Shown here one piece after another: positions 62,101 to 64,000 of a stretch of 64,000 nt of DNA. Origin of the DNA: Octopus vulgaris. Its lineage: Eukaryota. The position numbers were made by a program, and so were the translations under genes. Where the stretch lies: contig OX597817.1 in the NCBI GenBank assembly GCA_951406725.2, forward strand, positions 52,266,001-52,330,000, in the 5' to 3' direction. Under the pieces are notes generated by a model that saw only the letters and a list, made by a program, of their open reading frames with translations, had not been told where the DNA came from and did not search any database. Numbering within the stretch: position 1 is the stretch's first letter; each line of letters begins with the position of its first letter.

Positions 62101-62748
62101 AATTTCTTTTACTAAAGCATTAAGTTACAGGGATGTAAACAAACCATCATCAGTCATCAAGCAGAGTGGGGAGGGTATAAACAAAAGTACAAAGACATAT
62201 TTTCCCTTATACTCACATTCTTGTAACTTGAGGGTATACACTGGTACTCTGTCACCACCATCTTTATCCCTTTTCTCAGCTACTCTCAACTACCCTTACA
62301 GAAAGTGGGGGTAGTCATATATCCCCTTTATAAGAAGACCCCTGTGTTTATCCCTCTATCATATATTAGTCTTCAACACCAAGCACAAAGCCACCTCCCT
62401 CCCTCTCTCAAATACACTCCCACTCAGTGGAGAGGGGGGTGTGCTTTTCTTTTCCTTTCTTTGTCTTGCAAGGTGCTCGATGACCCCACTAATGCTAGAG
62501 TTACAAAAAAAACCCAGAAAGAATGGAAAAGCACCCAGTACACTCTGTAAAGTGGTTGGTGTTAGGCAGGGCATCAGGCCATAGAAACTACTGTAAATCC
62601 TCGAGTATAGTCCACCCTTGAGTATAATACACCTGGGGATTTTAAGTGGGTTGTTTAACCATAAATGCCTTCATATGACATTAACAATAGGTCACCAACA
62701 TTGGTAGTAATACCATTTTACCATTTTTGCTTCTGATTTTCTTTCCAG

Positions 62749-62871
62749 CAACTATCTAATTTAAAATTCAGCCCAGAAAGTTTCCAGAAACTTCTACAAC
62801 TTTTGCTAGGAGCTGGAGACAGACTTTCTTTTCACCAGTTTGAACATTTTTATGACATGGCTTTAAAGCAA
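62749..62871 (+). CDS. Secreted JmjC/Cupin_8 protein, exon 7; gene probably continues beyond the window
   Basis: ttttctttccag|...|gtgagt, phase 0-0; QLSNLKFSPESFQKLLQLLLGAGDRLSFHQFEHFYDMALKQ; no stop codon reached. Confidence 0.8.
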
Positions 62872-64000
62872 GTGAGTATGATTTTTTTTAACCCTTTTGT
62901 TACCCTGTTTCATAGGGAACATAAATTAATATTAAATGTTGAGGGAAAGTTTTAATCTAGGTCACTTGAACCCTTTTGTTATATTTCATTTCAACATACA
63001 CACCTCACAATGCCATCCCTTCAATCCATTTTAAAAATAATTCCCTTTAACCCTTTTGTTACCATATTATTATTGATTAATTAGTTGTTATTTTTTATTA
63101 AACATTTTAAAACATTTAAATTTAAAATCCGGCAGGAACTTAGTTGCCAACCCAATACATATACATATATATATTAAATTAAATTAGAGATAAAACCACT
63201 ATTTAGGCAAATCAAACAGTGAAAAACATAAACCAAAACATAGAAATAAAATTAATTAATATAATATACAAAATATATAAAATATAAAATTCAAAATTTT
63301 AATTATTTAATATATATATATATATTACGGAGATGTACTTGCATAGCGAGTGACTTGATCTGAGATCGCGTGCTGGAACGAAAACAATTGCAGCGTGGAA
63401 GGTGTTTATAAGAAACACACAAAACCGTTAGATTCACTTCAACATTTAAATTTAATTTGTCAAAATATTGCAGGGGATGGAGGTGGCATAGAACAAGGAA
63501 GTATAAGTCACTTTTTGCATCTTTGATGTCTGATCTCTGCCTCTTAGTATCGGTTATTTTCCATCTGGTGTGTTCTCCTGATGATGAGCATGCATTTATT
63601 ATTGGCATAATGATGATCCCTATTTTTAATTTTTATTTCATCTAGTTACAGCTCACAAGCTGTGGCCATGCCGGGGCACTGCCACTTGGTGTTGCTACAT
63701 GATTTTACTTCGCGAATGCTTTTTAGCAACAATTGACATTTGGTGCATGAGAGAGTTTAATGCAGCTGCCCTTATCTGCACCTTTTTTTTTTGTGTGTAT
63801 ATATATATATATATATATATCACCGTGGTCACTGTGACCGACCAGGCTATCAGATGTTGCTACACATTGCTGGTCACAATACGCTTCGCATTGTTTTAGC
63901 CTTCAAATGATGCCACCCCGCTGGCTAAGCGAGCAGGCCAACAGAAGAAAGAGTGAGAGAAAGTTGTGGCAAAAGAGTACAGCAGGGTTCGCCACCATCC

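Overview
AT-rich, repeat-dense animal genomic DNA. The SINE, RTE-LINE and microsatellite repertoire suggests an octopus (inference, not verified). Nearly all ORFs in the supplied track are microsatellite or transposon artefacts. Reading splice sites by eye gives two host genes. (1) A 7-exon plus-strand gene (45040-62871, 371 codons, no stop inside the window) for a signal-peptide-bearing JmjC/Cupin_8 protein with a non-canonical His-x-His...His metal site. (2) The probable first coding exon (MSASVDQ) of the m6A reader YTHDF on the minus strand, below a CpG-rich promoter at about 17.7-18.3 kb. A weaker minus-strand spliced unit may lie at 33-44.6 kb. Mobile DNA includes a near-complete RTE LINE with a PHD finger, two nearly identical CR1-type LINE copies, a full-length mariner, Tc1 remnants, non-autonomous Helitrons, piggyBac/hAT MITEs and three tRNA-derived SINE families. 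The most striking signal is a set of hammerhead-ribozyme elements. These are a TSD-flanked ~355-bp retrozyme-like unit with an intact core (12672-13087), a family joining a tRNA-like Pol III head to a hammerhead (45515-45851, 58217-58797), and several Penelope-type inverted repeats with variant or decayed hammerheads. Repeat boundaries are approximate.
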